Assembly: GCF_030686945.1 (NCBI RefSeq)
Contig: NW_027122668.1
Location: forward strand, 60,099-124,098
Direction: 5' to 3'
DNA: 64,000 nt
Source of the DNA: Centruroides vittatus
Lineage: Eukaryota
Numbering within the stretch: position 1 is the stretch's first letter; each line of letters begins with the position of its first letter. The notes beneath the pieces were generated by a model. The model ran no database searches, had not been told where the DNA came from, and saw only the letters and a list, made by a program, of their open reading frames with translations. This document shows positions 1 to 11,900 of this stretch, in pieces. Position numbers and translations under genes: made by a program.

Positions 1-952
1 TGAAGTGCAGTTACGGAAGCAAAAAGATCAGTTTTCTTTTAATTCGTTGATGTCTGTTATAATGTGGAAATAGAACAAATAAAACAAGTAAGTTCTGAGG
101 TTTCTAAATCCAGTGAGAATTTGTATCAAATAGTAATTGGAATGAAGATATTTCAGTTTGTGCTGGTATACAATTGACGTGTTCAATTTGCAGATAATTT
201 GGTCCATAATTTCTGTCATTAGATCTTCTATACAGATAGTATTATATATATATATATATAAGTGATCATGGATTTAAAAACTTTGCGAAACAAGATTTTC
301 CAATTTGTAAAACCTTGTTTTGATGTCCACCCTCTCCATTTCCAAAAATTTCAGCTTAGCGTAGTAACTGAGAGGGAATCAATTAAAAAGAATTGATGAT
401 ATTTCTGAAAATATCTTCAGAGTGTTCACTATGAGTTTATTAGGAAGCGTGGAAATGAAATTAAGAGTCATACGGTTTCAGTACGAATGATTATCCGAAG
501 CGCCTAGGACTCAGACTTTCCTGTCAATCAGATTTGAAGTCAAGCAGAAACCGAATGGTTTTGAAATGCATTTTAAGATTTTTTCATTTATTCGTGTTCC
601 ATTTTATCAATTTGAAAGTCGCGATTTAGTAAAATAATAACTTTTCTGTACATTTCTAAACAGTTGTACCGGACAAGCTTAAAACACTACAGCGCATATA
701 CAATAGTGTAGCAGCTGAATAAACTAAAATTCAAAATAGTTATCAATCGCAACACATCGTTTTATACCTGGCTCTTGGGAACAGCTTTAATTGAACTTTC
801 CAACAGCTGCTTATTGTCAGACCCCTAATCCTGAAAAAAAGCTTTCGCAGTAAATCCAATTTTTCCTGATTCATTGATGTGATTCATATTTGTGGGAATT
901 TCCAATTGCGGTTCAGAAAAATTTGTTACATGCATGGAAAATGGATCGTTAA

Positions 953-1057
953 AACTTCAGTCTACCGCTTTGAGATCGATTTCGGGTTGTTGAAGAACCC
1001 GGGGCAATCTGTACCTGGTATGTCAAGACAGTCCGGCAGCCCAAATTGTGGATCTTC
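953..1057. repeat. ~105-bp conserved repeat, copy A
   Basis: ~93% identical to 4569-4675: TCTACCGCTTTGAGATCGATTTCGGGTTGTTGAAGAACCCGGGGCAATCTGTACCTGGTATGTCAAGACAGTCCGGCAGCCCAAATTGTGGAT. Confidence 0.7.
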
Positions 1058-1890
1058 AGAAACCGACGATGGGTAAGATCAAAACGGTCCTCCAAAAACA
1101 AAACAAAACAAAAAAATCACCAGCTGCCATATTGCAACTGTGATAAAATATACGATGAGCACGAAGATCTTTAATTGATAATCTTAGAGATTAGCATACT
1201 GAAATACGAGCGAGATTTGTGCGCAGATAATTTCTTACCATAATAAATTTACACAGATTTAACAGAAAAATTCATCACAAAAGCGATTATTGATGCGAAT
1301 GTGTAAAATTCCATTTAAACCATGCAAGTTGTGATTACCAGAGCCCCTTCGGCCGCCAATTTAAAGCGTTTTAATCTTCAAAATTGGCGTTTCCACTTTC
1401 CGGGACGAGGACCCAGGGGTTGGATTTTGGGAAGCGAGTGTTCGGGTTGTTTCATTGTGTCGAATTACACAGAACGAGGCGCTTGACATGTAAGTGCATG
1501 AGTGCGAGAATTCGAGTAAAGGTTAAACGGTGTATATCTTCGTGTACAGTGATGTTATGTCTGTGTTTTGTATGTGTGTGATCAAAGAACGTCTTCGGCA
1601 TGTCTATAAACAGAAAAACAGTAAACTGCGATACGAGAATAAGACGTGTTAAAAAATGAAACGAAAGAGTTCTTACCATCAGAGATTTCGGAAAATATTC
1701 ACATGTCCACTTGGTCTTCTTCGTGGTAAAGTTGGAGAGGGAGAAGGATCTCCCTCCCAAATGTTCCTACAATGCACAAAGACAGTGAGAAAAGGAGAAA
1801 TTGATTCATTTATTACCTAAGGTTAATATTATTACCTTTATCAGACAGTCTTTCTTCCCGAACAGTGTTATGAGAAGAGCGAAGGACCTG

Positions 1891-1923
1891 ACCTAGACTA
1901 GCCTAACCTAACCTACCCTAACC
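1891..1923 (-). repeat. Interstitial telomere-like (TTAGG)n degenerate run (CCTAA on plus)
   Basis: ACCTAGACTAGCCTAACCTAACCTACCCTAACC gives about 6 degenerate CCTAA/CCTAG units. TTAGG is the canonical insect telomeric repeat. Confidence 0.55.
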
Positions 1924-1969
1924 GGAAGCTCAATCCTCGTAACAGCTGTTTGGGAAGAAAAGTCGGCCG

Positions 1970-2125
1970 AATGTCGCGTCCGGTGAAGAAACGTGTCACG
2001 TCCGGGTGGTCACAATCGGGAGTCAAATCCGTTGTCGTCGACCGAGTGTCACGTTCGGGAGACAAGTCCGTGGGTCACGTCCGGGAAAAGATGTTGAGTC
2101 CGGGTGAAAAGTGTCTAATCCGGTA
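1970..2125. repeat. CG-rich degenerate tandem array of the GTCACGTCCGGG(n) motif
   Basis: GTGTCACGTCCGGGTGGTCACAATCGGGAGTC..GTGTCACGTTCGGGAGAC..GGGTCACGTCCGGGAAAAG..GAGTCCGGGTGAAAAG. At least 5 related units of ~25-30 bp. GC content is far above the window average. Confidence 0.55.
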
Positions 2126-4568
2126 AAGATTAAATAGAAAAAAAATTAATTAAATTTAAGGTTTTAGTTTAAATGTTAGTATGACAAGGAAAAAAAAATT
2201 AAAAAACCTCTTGCCTTCTTATACTACGTTTGTAAATTGAAACTAAAACCTTAAATTTAAATGATACTTCAGAAATAGCAAAGGAAAAAGTCGTTCAGAT
2301 CTCTTGCGAAGCGACGCTTTTTCCTTTGCATCCTTGCCCACACCGAACGAGACGATCCCACTCGTTGGAAAAGAGAGGAATGATCGAAACATTCCTCCCC
2401 TCCCAGTGCAGCAAAAATGATGTCAACATGGAGACATTTCACTTTTTGGAACAAGTCCGAACAGCGAAATGCCTCCTCTCCGTTCAACGCGGAACAGAGA
2501 ATGCTGTCGACACCTTTTATTCTTGAAGTCGATCCCGTGAAGAAAGAACCCCTTTCGCAATTGATGGAAGAGAGTTCCTCTCCCCGCTCAAAGGGGGAAA
2601 AGGCTCTCTCTTCATCCATTGAGGAAGGAGAACGCCCTTCACATTTCTTCATCTTGTTGGGCCGCAGCCACCGCCAAAACCGCCAGTCCTTCATTCTGTA
2701 AAGAAAGAAAAAATATATATATATATACTGTATATTAATGGGATTCGGATATACTTAATGCAGAAAAAGTTCACGACAAATCGGAATTCGAATAGCTCGC
2801 GTTAGATCCTACCGGAAATTGCTAGAACGTTCCAACTGTATTTGCAGTAGAGACGACCGACCCGGAACGAAGAAACTCTCTTACGTGTAATTTGTATTTG
2901 TGCGACAGAAAATTAAAGACACGCATGCGCGTAGCCATGCGGAAAAGGCACTCGAGCCCAAGTCGTAACAAGTCTTTCGTTCTAGAGCAATTTACCCTAA
3001 CGTGTACCGTACGTCACATAAACGCAACGACGGCACTTAAAAGGGTTTCGTGCGAAGAAATTGCAAACGAGTCGAGCAAAACACAAGACAAACGTACGAA
3101 GAAGCGAAACGTGCCCACAGCCCAATTCGACATTCGGGACACGAATGTTTAAGTGGCACAAAGCATTGGCAGAGGGTTACGTAAGTGTGGAAGATCGACT
3201 GCACTCGGAAAAGACCACCTCGTGGAAAGAGACAAAGAGCCTAAGGAAAGGAATTCTCTGTGTCCAGCCTGTACACATAACTGTTAAGTGTATTAGTATT
3301 AGATGTGTTTGCAGACAATTTAATTCTGGCAAAATAAGCCATTGAAAAGCGTTGTAACTAATACATAAATTGCATGGAGAAGTCGGAGGTCAAAGGGCGA
3401 AATTTTTGACCTGTCCAAGGAACATCCCATGCTTCAGAATACGGTCTCCGTCCATCAATGTTACCAGAGTATATTTTAGTTAAATTACGAGGAATTCGTA
3501 TTTAAAGTTAGTATTAAATAATTTTTAATTAAATTTCTATAAATAATCTTTATTCTTTGACCGTGTTTATAAAATATAAATGAATTAATTACGAAAATAA
3601 ACCAATGAGCAAATACTTAATCCATTTACGGCCTTCGGTCGCATTCCAATGTGGCGGCTCGTTTAAAAGCAAGATTTTCTATAATCGAACGTCCTCTTTA
3701 CCTCGCCTCCCCAAAACTAGAACAAATCGTTCCTCTCGTTCGTCCAGTATTCTCCGATTGACCGACAGCGCAATTTTTACTAAATTTCGTAATATTTCGT
3801 TTATCCGACGCCATTTTAAAAGCGGTTACGTGACGTCATCGAACGTTGGTTATATGAAATATGCGCGTTATAGTTTAGTTACGTAAACGTTAATTAAAGT
3901 GACTTATATATTAAATAAGCGAATTTTATGAATTTACCTGCCCCAAAGAAAATATCGTGTACGTATTCTACACCAAGGAATCAAAATATTATAGTTGTTC
4001 TTGTACGGAAATGGAGAAAAGTGATGGGCCTACTTCTCGAAACGACCGATTTAATTTTCTTTTTATAGCTGTTGTTGAAGCAATTTCTGATAATGGAAAA
4101 TACTACAATATGTGGGAGGCAGATGTTGATCTCTTCTTGTCGACGCCACCAGGACATGTTTTAGACTATTAGCCGTTTGCATGCTACACATCAATGCTAC
4201 TGCATACCTATTAGAACCGGCCCCGAGTCGTTCCAAGCGAGACTTTGTCGGCCTCTCATCGATCTTTCTTATGTGTTATATGAAGCCTATAACCTATGGC
4301 CCAAGTTTGGTTAGATTTGTTGAAATCCGGTCGTGTTAGAAATAATTGGCCATTAAGATCCTAAAACGCGTCGTGATCAAAATGGTGTCGATTTCTCACC
4401 GAAATAATATATTATGTAAGGGATATGGTACATTGAAAACCAACTAAAAACAATTTATGTGCAAGTGTCCTGCGTGCAATAAGAAACTGTTTATACGGAA
4501 GTGTCGCTACTTGTTGTACTTTCAACACCTGGTATAACAAGGTGACGGCCGGATGTTTGAGCTGTTAA

Positions 4569-4675
4569 GACTTCGGTCTACCGCTCTGAGATCGATTTCA
4601 GGTTGTTGAAGAACCCGGGGCGATCTGTACCTGGTGTGTCAAGACAGTCCGGCAGTCCAAATTGTGGATTTTTAG
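4569..4675. repeat. ~105-bp conserved repeat, copy B (260 bp upstream of the BMS1 ATG)
   Basis: Direct repeat of 953-1057 with ~7 substitutions. Confidence 0.7.
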
Positions 4676-4936
4676 ATACTTTAAAAACTACTCCTTAATT
4701 TTATCTCTTAATAAATTAATGATAAAATACATTTTGTATTTATTAATAATTTATTTATTATTTAAAAACTGTTTGTTTATTTATGTGAAATGAAATTTTT
4801 TTTAATATTAAAATCGCCGTTTACATCCGTCAGAGGGCGCGTTTACCAACGACCGCAATGGCCGAACACGTGTGCTAAAACGTGAGTATAGCTTAATGTT
4901 GGTTGTTATTCGTAAAGAAAGATACAGATCTTAAAA

Positions 4937-7900
4937 ATGTCGGAAACGAAGCAAGAAAACAAGCCACATCGTGTGGCACATAGTGGGAGAAAAGCAGAAA
5001 AGAAGAAAGCAAAGAATCCCCACGTTCAAGACATGACTGCACAGCAACGAAATCCCAAAGCTTTTGCCATTCAATCTGTTGATAAAGCAGCAAGGAAATT
5101 TAGAAGAAAAATGGATATTCAAGAGAAAAAACATCATATACCACTTGTCGATCGAACACCGTTGGAACCACCTCCAATTATAGTTGCTATTGTTGGTCCA
5201 CCAAAAGTTGGTAAAACTACACTTATGAAGTGTTTGGTAAAGAATTTCACTCGTCAAACGTTAACAAATATCAAAGGCCCTGTAACGGTAGTATCAGGAA
5301 AGAAAAGAAGATTGACATTGATTGAATGCAATAATGATATCAATAACATGATTGACATTGCTAAAATTGCAGATTTGGCATTATTGCTTGTGGATGCAAG
5401 TTTTGGATTTGAAATGGAAACTTTCGAATTCCTTAACATATGCCAAGTTCATGGTTTTCCAAGAATTATGGGCGTACTGACGCATTTAGATGTTTTCAAG
5501 AATGCAAAAGCATTAAGAAGAACAAAGAAACAAATGAAACACAGATTTTGGACCGAAATATATCAAGGTGCAAAACTGTTCTATTTGTCGGGTATGATTC
5601 GGGAAGAATATTTGAAAACTGAAGTTCACAATTTGGGAAGATTTATCTCTGTTATGAAATTTAGACCGCTTCAGTGGCAGACATCTCATCCGTACGTTCT
5701 TGTTGATAGAATGGAAGATTTGACTAATTTAGACATCGTTCGAAAAAATCCTGTTGTAGACCGCTGTGTTTGCCTGTATGGATATACCAGAGGAGCACCT
5801 TTAAGAAATAAGAGTCAAGTACATATTCCAGGATGTGGTGATTACCTAATTAAGGAAGTAAGTTTATTGCCTGATCCTTGTCCTCTACCCGATAAAGAAA
5901 AACGTCGATCTTTAAATGAGAAGGAACGTTTAATATATGCTCCGTTATCAGGAATTGGTGGAATAGTTTATGATAAAGATGCTGTTTATATTGAACTAGG
6001 TGGAAGTCATTCTCATACACAAATAAGATCACAACAACCATCTCAAGATTTAGTAAAAATATTAGTTGATACTGAACATTCTATAGACAGTAAAATGGCT
6101 GCCAGTGAATTCAGTTTATTTAGCAATACTAAACCATTAATGGAAGAAGAAATGGACGATTTTCTTAATGAAGATTCTAATTGCAAAAATACAGAATTAA
6201 CTGAAAATAATAGAGAAACAGATAACAAAATACATGAAGAACATACAGAAATTCAGACAGATGAGGATGAAGAAGAATCTGAGAATGAATCATTTATGGA
6301 AGAGAAACCAGTAGATGATGATGTTGTTAATACAAACACTTCTGAAAAATATGCTTTTGCTGACAGTGATGATGATCTACAGTGGGATAAAGATGATATA
6401 GAAAACAATGATGTTAGATCAAAACAGAAAAAAGTAACTTTTGAAGATGATGACGACAAAGAAGAGGAGGAGGAGGAGGGATGCTTGAAATGGAAGGAAA
6501 ATCTGGCCCAGAAAGCAGCTGATACATTTTATGAACGCCAGAAAGATACTAGAAATCTGCATAAACTTGTTTATGAAAATGATCTTTACCAAGATGACGG
6601 TGATAAAGATGATGATGATGATGATGATGATATTTTGAAAGAAGTGAAAAATGATAAAATGAAATCATTTTTAAATGGTAGTGATTGTTCGAAATTTCAA
6701 ATTCCAGTAATGCGAGATTGGCAAGATGAAAGTGTAAGTGATTTCATTAAAGATTGTTTCAGTGTTGGTAAACTGGGATCAGAGGATGATATGATTGCAT
6801 CATCTGAGAAGGATGATGAATTGTTTGGTGATTTTGAAGATCTTGAAATGGAAGATACTGGCAATAATAAAGAAGACGAAAGTGATGATAGTGAAGGTGA
6901 AGAAGAGAATGTAGAAAAGAATGAAGATAAAAAGGAAACAAAAACACCAGAAGAAAAACGAATGGAAAGGAAACGCAAATTGAAAGAAATGTTTGATTCG
7001 GAATATGATAACAAAGATGGAAAATCGTATTATGATACTCTCAAAGAAGAATTGGATCAGCAAGCAAAATTGAACAAAACTGAATTCGATAACATGACTG
7101 ACAATCTGAGAGTGCAGTATGAAGGTTATCGACCAGGAATGTACATCAGAATAGAATTAGATAACATACCCTGTGAATTCGTCACTCATTTTGATCCATC
7201 TTATCCAGTAATTATAGGAGGATTATTAAAAGGAGAAGATTCTATGGGATATGTACAAGTTCGTTTAAAGAAACATCGTTGGTATTCAAAAATTTTGAAG
7301 ACTCGTGATCCTCTAATCATATCATTAGGTTGGCGCAGATTTCAAGTTATGCCTCTTTACTCCATTCAAGATCATAATGCAAGGTATAGGTTATTGAAAT
7401 ACACTCCTCAGCATCTTCATTGTTTTGCTTCATTCTGGGGTCCAATAACACCCCAAAATACTGGTCTTATTGCCGTCCAGTCAGTTTGTGATATTAAACC
7501 AGGTTTCCGAATTGCTGCTACTGGGGTTGTGTTAGGATTGGATAAATCAGTAGAAATAGTGAAAAAGTTGAAACTTTGTGGATATCCATTTAAAATATAT
7601 CGAAAAACAGCATTTATCAAAGACATGTTTCATAGTACGTTGGAGGTAGCAAAATTTGAAGGTGCAGCAATTAGGACAGTCAGCGGGATACGTGGACAAA
7701 TTAAAAAAGCCATTCGTTCACCCGAAGGTGGCTTTCGTGCATCATTTGAAGATAAAATATTATTAAGTGATATCGTATTTTTACGTACATGGTATACCGT
7801 TACAATTCCGAAATTTTATGCAGTTGTGACGTCATTATTACTACCACCCGCACAAAAAGCCAAATGGCAAGGAATGAGGACAGTTGGACAGTTACGTTAT

Positions 7901-8299
7901 GAAAGAGGTCTTCATGCAAAAGTTTCTCAAGATTCTCTCTACACTCCTGTCGAAAGGAAAAAGAGGCATTTTGCTCCTTTAACTATTCCTCGTGACTTAC
8001 AGAAAGAATTACCGTACAGAGATAAACCTAAACTGGAACCCACAAAGAAAACTCCGAGCATCCAAAGTAAGAGAGTGGCAGTTATATTGGAACCACACGA
8101 AAGAGAGGTTGCTAATTTAATGAAAACAATGTCTGCTGTTCATAATGAGAAGATAAAAAGAGAGAGAATTAATATGTGGTTAAGAGTAAAGGCACACAAG
8201 AAAGAAAAAAGAAAATTAGAAGCAAAACAACAACAAAATCAAAGACAGTTGAAAAAAAGAATTTTTCGTATTTTGGGAAAAATTAAAAATAAGAAATAG
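4937..8299 (+). CDS. BMS1: Ribosome biogenesis protein BMS1 homolog (GTPase), apparently intronless CDS of 1120 aa
   Basis: Uninterrupted 1120-aa ORF. The N-terminus carries the Bms1 GTPase core: IVAIVGPPKVGKTTL P-loop, LTHLD, FWTEIYQGAKLFYLSG. Acidic internal low-complexity region and basic C-terminus are typical of BMS1/Bms1p. Length is comparable to fly and human orthologs. Confidence 0.9.
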   Translation: MSETKQENKPHRVAHSGRKAEKKKAKNPHVQDMTAQQRNPKAFAIQSVDKAARKFRRKMDIQEKKHHIPLVDRTPLEPPPIIVAIVGPPKVGKTTLMKCLVKNFTRQTLTNIKGPVTVVSGKKRRLTLIECNNDINNMIDIAKIADLALLLVDASFGFEMETFEFLNICQVHGFPRIMGVLTHLDVFKNAKALRRTKKQMKHRFWTEIYQGAKLFYLSGMIREEYLKTEVHNLGRFISVMKFRPLQWQTSHPYVLVDRMEDLTNLDIVRKNPVVDRCVCLYGYTRGAPLRNKSQVHIPGCGDYLIKEVSLLPDPCPLPDKEKRRSLNEKERLIYAPLSGIGGIVYDKDAVYIELGGSHSHTQIRSQQPSQDLVKILVDTEHSIDSKMAASEFSLFSNTKPLMEEEMDDFLNEDSNCKNTELTENNRETDNKIHEEHTEIQTDEDEEESENESFMEEKPVDDDVVNTNTSEKYAFADSDDDLQWDKDDIENNDVRSKQKKVTFEDDDDKEEEEEEGCLKWKENLAQKAADTFYERQKDTRNLHKLVYENDLYQDDGDKDDDDDDDDILKEVKNDKMKSFLNGSDCSKFQIPVMRDWQDESVSDFIKDCFSVGKLGSEDDMIASSEKDDELFGDFEDLEMEDTGNNKEDESDDSEGEEENVEKNEDKKETKTPEEKRMERKRKLKEMFDSEYDNKDGKSYYDTLKEELDQQAKLNKTEFDNMTDNLRVQYEGYRPGMYIRIELDNIPCEFVTHFDPSYPVIIGGLLKGEDSMGYVQVRLKKHRWYSKILKTRDPLIISLGWRRFQVMPLYSIQDHNARYRLLKYTPQHLHCFASFWGPITPQNTGLIAVQSVCDIKPGFRIAATGVVLGLDKSVEIVKKLKLCGYPFKIYRKTAFIKDMFHSTLEVAKFEGAAIRTVSGIRGQIKKAIRSPEGGFRASFEDKILLSDIVFLRTWYTVTIPKFYAVVTSLLLPPAQKAKWQGMRTVGQLRYERGLHAKVSQDSLYTPVERKKRHFAPLTIPRDLQKELPYRDKPKLEPTKKTPSIQSKRVAVILEPHEREVANLMKTMSAVHNEKIKRERINMWLRVKAHKKEKRKLEAKQQQNQRQLKKRIFRILGKIKNKK

Positions 8300-8386
8300 A
8301 TTTAAGTTATTTTTAAATTAAATATTTGTTTAAAAAAACTACTTTTTAACATTGTTTAAGGAAATATTTTATTTTTTTTTTAAGAA

Positions 8387-8392
8387 AATAAA
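8387..8392 (+). promoter_or_regulatory. Candidate polyadenylation signal AATAAA ~90 nt downstream of the BMS1 stop
   Basis: AATAAA hexamer lies in AT-rich 3' flank. Position is plausible for the BMS1 3'UTR. Confidence 0.3.
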
Positions 8393-9576
8393 ATAATATT
8401 TTGTTGATTGATGTGAGATTTTATGATAATACTTCAATATATTGTTTGTAAGATTAGATTGAAAGTTATTTTAAAACAAATGTTGTTGAGGAAATATTGA
8501 CAATTCTTAATGGCAATACTGAAATTTATATAACAAACATTAGGTTAAACATATAGTCTCTGTAATTTAAGGAATTCTCATAATAAACACATAATATTGT
8601 CAAAATTAGAATACAGTTTTAATAATCTTAATCTAATTATGCATTAAGATGCATTTTTGGAATAGTTATGCAAATCTTTTTATATCAGATGTTTCGGGAT
8701 AATATTTTGAATAGAGAATGTATGCAGTCTTAGAGAAAGGATTGAAGCAGTCCTTGTTTAGAGACTTTTACAGACTGCTAGAGCATGCTATTGGCAATAA
8801 ATAGACAATTATATAAGATGACATTTTAGGTTAACTACACAGCCTTATATTCTACCTCAGTGATGTGACCACTCTATTAGATATCTTTAGCCTGCCACTG
8901 TGGGGAACAGCTCTATAGTTTATTGTTGATACTGTGCAGTATTTCTGTTGAAGTTGCCTGTATTGGGTGTAACTATAGCTGAAGAAATAATTTGCTGTTA
9001 ACTAATCAGTATGTATCAAAATTAAGATTGACACAGGTTTGTATGTTTTATTTTTTACTAGGAAAAGAACTTTAGGAATTGACAGTTTCTGTCAGTTCCT
9101 GCAAAGTTCTTTCCCTAGTAAAAAATAAAACATACAAACCTGTGTCAATCTTAACTGGATTACATAACAAATTTATCACTTTATCATCAAAGGTGACTAC
9201 TGTAGTGACAAAAATTAGTAGTATATATTTCATCACTTTATTTGAAAAGAAACTAGGATATAAAAATAAAGGCACTGTTATGGTCTTGAAATGTGTCTTG
9301 CCTTTAATGGAAGAATGATGTTTACATGTAGATCCAAATTTATGCTTAAGTTATAGCCTTTCAGAAGTACAAATTCTATTATTAAGGAAGATAATTTGTG
9401 CGTTTCAATTTACTGGTTATTTCTGTGTAAACATTTGTAAAAGATGTTAAAAATAAGTCAATAATCTGCAAGACCTATAAATCTCAATTCATTAATGGAA
9501 CAAACTTTTCTTTACAAAAGAAATAAAAACTGATGACTTCAGTTTGTGAGTAATCTCGACAGTATAATCAAATATC

Positions 9577-10080
9577 AAGATCCCACCAGTGGTCGAGTGG
9601 ATAAAACCACCAAACACTGGTAGCTGGTTACGGGTTTGTGCCTAGCCAAGTGGAGTTTTCCAGATTTTCTTTAGGTTTGTAACACCTAAATAAGGGCCAG
9701 TGGTGCATTATCCTAAGATAAGGTGACCAGAAATCCCTGGTTTTGCCAGTTTTTAATGTTTGATTGTAGAATCAATCTTTGGATAGAGCAATTTCATTAG
9801 CATGTCAATATAATAACCAAAGTTTGACCAGTTTTAGGTCCCATTTTCACTGATTCTGAAATGTGTCCTAGTTGTATTGTAAATATTATGGTTAATTGAC
9901 CTAACTTCAGAAAGGGGAATTGCCTGGGAGCCCCAAACCAATGCTTTATAAGAAAATTTTTCCCAAAAAACCCTTGAAGAAAAATGTCTGAAGTAAACAC
10001 TACATGGGGCCCATGAAGTTATAACACGCCACTGATAGGGGCCAGTTTCCCATAAAAGACCTCCTGGGAAACATCAACTA
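9577..10080 (+). mobile_element. SINE-like repeat, full-length copy (~500 bp)
   Basis: Head is GATCCCACCAGTGGTCGAGTGGATAAAACCACC..GGAGTTTTCCAG. Tail is GATAGGGGCCAGTTTCCCATAAAAGACCTCCTGGGAAAC. Both segments recur at 11041-11232 (inverted, internally deleted) and 48166-48350. Confidence 0.5.
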
Positions 10081-11040
10081 TGTGTCACATTACCATCCAA
10101 ATGAATATTGAATCATTTATTATTCATTCCTGTTTATGACTATATCAAACTTGAAAGTCGTCGTTATTTTAATTTCCTGTAAAAATAGTCTTGACAATCC
10201 AGAAGAACAAATTTTCACTTTAGGAGGATACAGGCGGATTGAGCACAGTTGAGCAAAAGCATCATGTGATGAAGCGGCCAGCTCGGGATCTCGCGTGAAA
10301 ACAGTCATGAGTTGTGACTTTCGGAAGCTCCTACTCGTCACTGAAATTCTATCAACCAATATGAGATTTTACGTTTTCCCTTATTTCTCTCGGTCTTGTT
10401 CATTTCCCCTAAATTTAGGGGGAAACTCCTCAGTAGTAGTCATCACTACACATCGCTCTCTGTTGTTCAAATGCTCTCTGTTGAAGCTTTTAAAATCTGG
10501 TGTTTATTCTTGTTTATTAAATCACATGCAATTTCCTGTGACATCGTGGAAACAGAAAACAGGATTTTATTTGTATCTATTGTGACAAGGAATTTATTCA
10601 TTGCTTTACTTTGAAAAGGTATTTGCAAAATATATACGATGACAAATTTATAGATGAAGGAGTTTAGTTGCTTTAGTGGTAAATTAAGATGTAATTTTTT
10701 AGGAAAATATTATCTTTTCATTGGAGTGTTGACTATACATTTACAATATTTGTATAAATTGTTGGTAATACACCAAACTCCTGATTATCTGTGCTAATCA
10801 GTGCATAGAAAACCAGGAAACTACGGATAATCCAACATAGCCCTCTAAACTAAAAAAAACTATTCAGAGGTTTCAAATGAACTTCAATACAGTTGAAATT
10901 TACAACAGTTATAACACAATGTAAGTGTGAGTCCCAAGTTACAGAAGCTGAAATGTATATTTAACCAATAAAGATAAAATGTAGATTTCTTCTATGTACC
11001 TCTATTGTATTGTAGGATTGGATTGTTTGTATATGGCAAC

Positions 11041-11232
11041 GTGACACAAGGGCGATCTGCCAAGGGGGACGTGCCTCCTGGGAGGACTCTCTATGGGAAA
11101 CTGCCCCTATTTAGATGTACAAATGTGAGAAAACATGGAAAACTCCATGTGGCCGGCCCATCGGTTAGGTGCAAACCCACAACTATCAGTATTCGGTGGT
11201 TTTATCCACTTAGCCACTAGTGGGCTTTTAAT
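11041..11232 (-). mobile_element. SINE-like repeat, internally deleted inverted copy
   Basis: The reverse complement matches the head and tail of the 9577-10080 copy (GGTGGTTTTATCCACTTAGCCACTAGTGGG, GGGAAACTGCCCCTAT). Confidence 0.5.
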
Positions 11233-11900
11233 TTTAGGACTAGTACAATATATTTTTTAAATCTGCTGTTTATAAAATAATCCAAGACTAATGACTCACC
11301 TCACTTCTGTCTGTTAGAATTGACATTTGAAGGAAGAAAGAAATGCTGAATGTTGCTTATGATACTTTGTCATTTTACAGTAATTATAATATTTTGATGA
11401 TGCATGGATAACAGGGAGTTTGGTGTATTTATTATAGAGTATATAACAATTATAGCAATCTGTATTCCCTTTAAATATATATCTACCTTACTAATGTTGA
11501 AAGTTCAACCACTTTAAAATTTGTTTATAGTTAAAATGAGGATTTTTCAGCCAATATTCTGAAAAATTGATCATCATCATGGTATTTATCATCATTATCA
11601 TTGTGTTTTGCAGTACATTGTATTCCTAGCTTATAAATGTTAAGGAACCAGAGTATTTTTATTTACAGAAATACAGCATATATCAGATTTGCCAACTGTC
11701 CGTCAAGAAAATCATATAAACAGACTTGAATTTCTCTCTAAAACTAACAAAATTTTCCCTAAAATATAAAATATTACTCTTGACAATCCAGAGAAACAAA
11801 AATTTTTACTTTGGCATGCAGGCAGTATGTGCAAAATTGAACAAAAGCATCATGTAATAAAGCAACCTGCTCAAGGTCTTGCTGTCAGATTCTCATTTAA

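Noticed and set aside
5254-7063. Several minus-strand and alternative-frame ORFs (61-108 aa) inside the BMS1 CDS
   Set aside because: They are antisense or overlapping-frame artefacts of a long, compositionally biased coding region. The K/E/D-rich BMS1 middle gives S/L-rich antisense frames.
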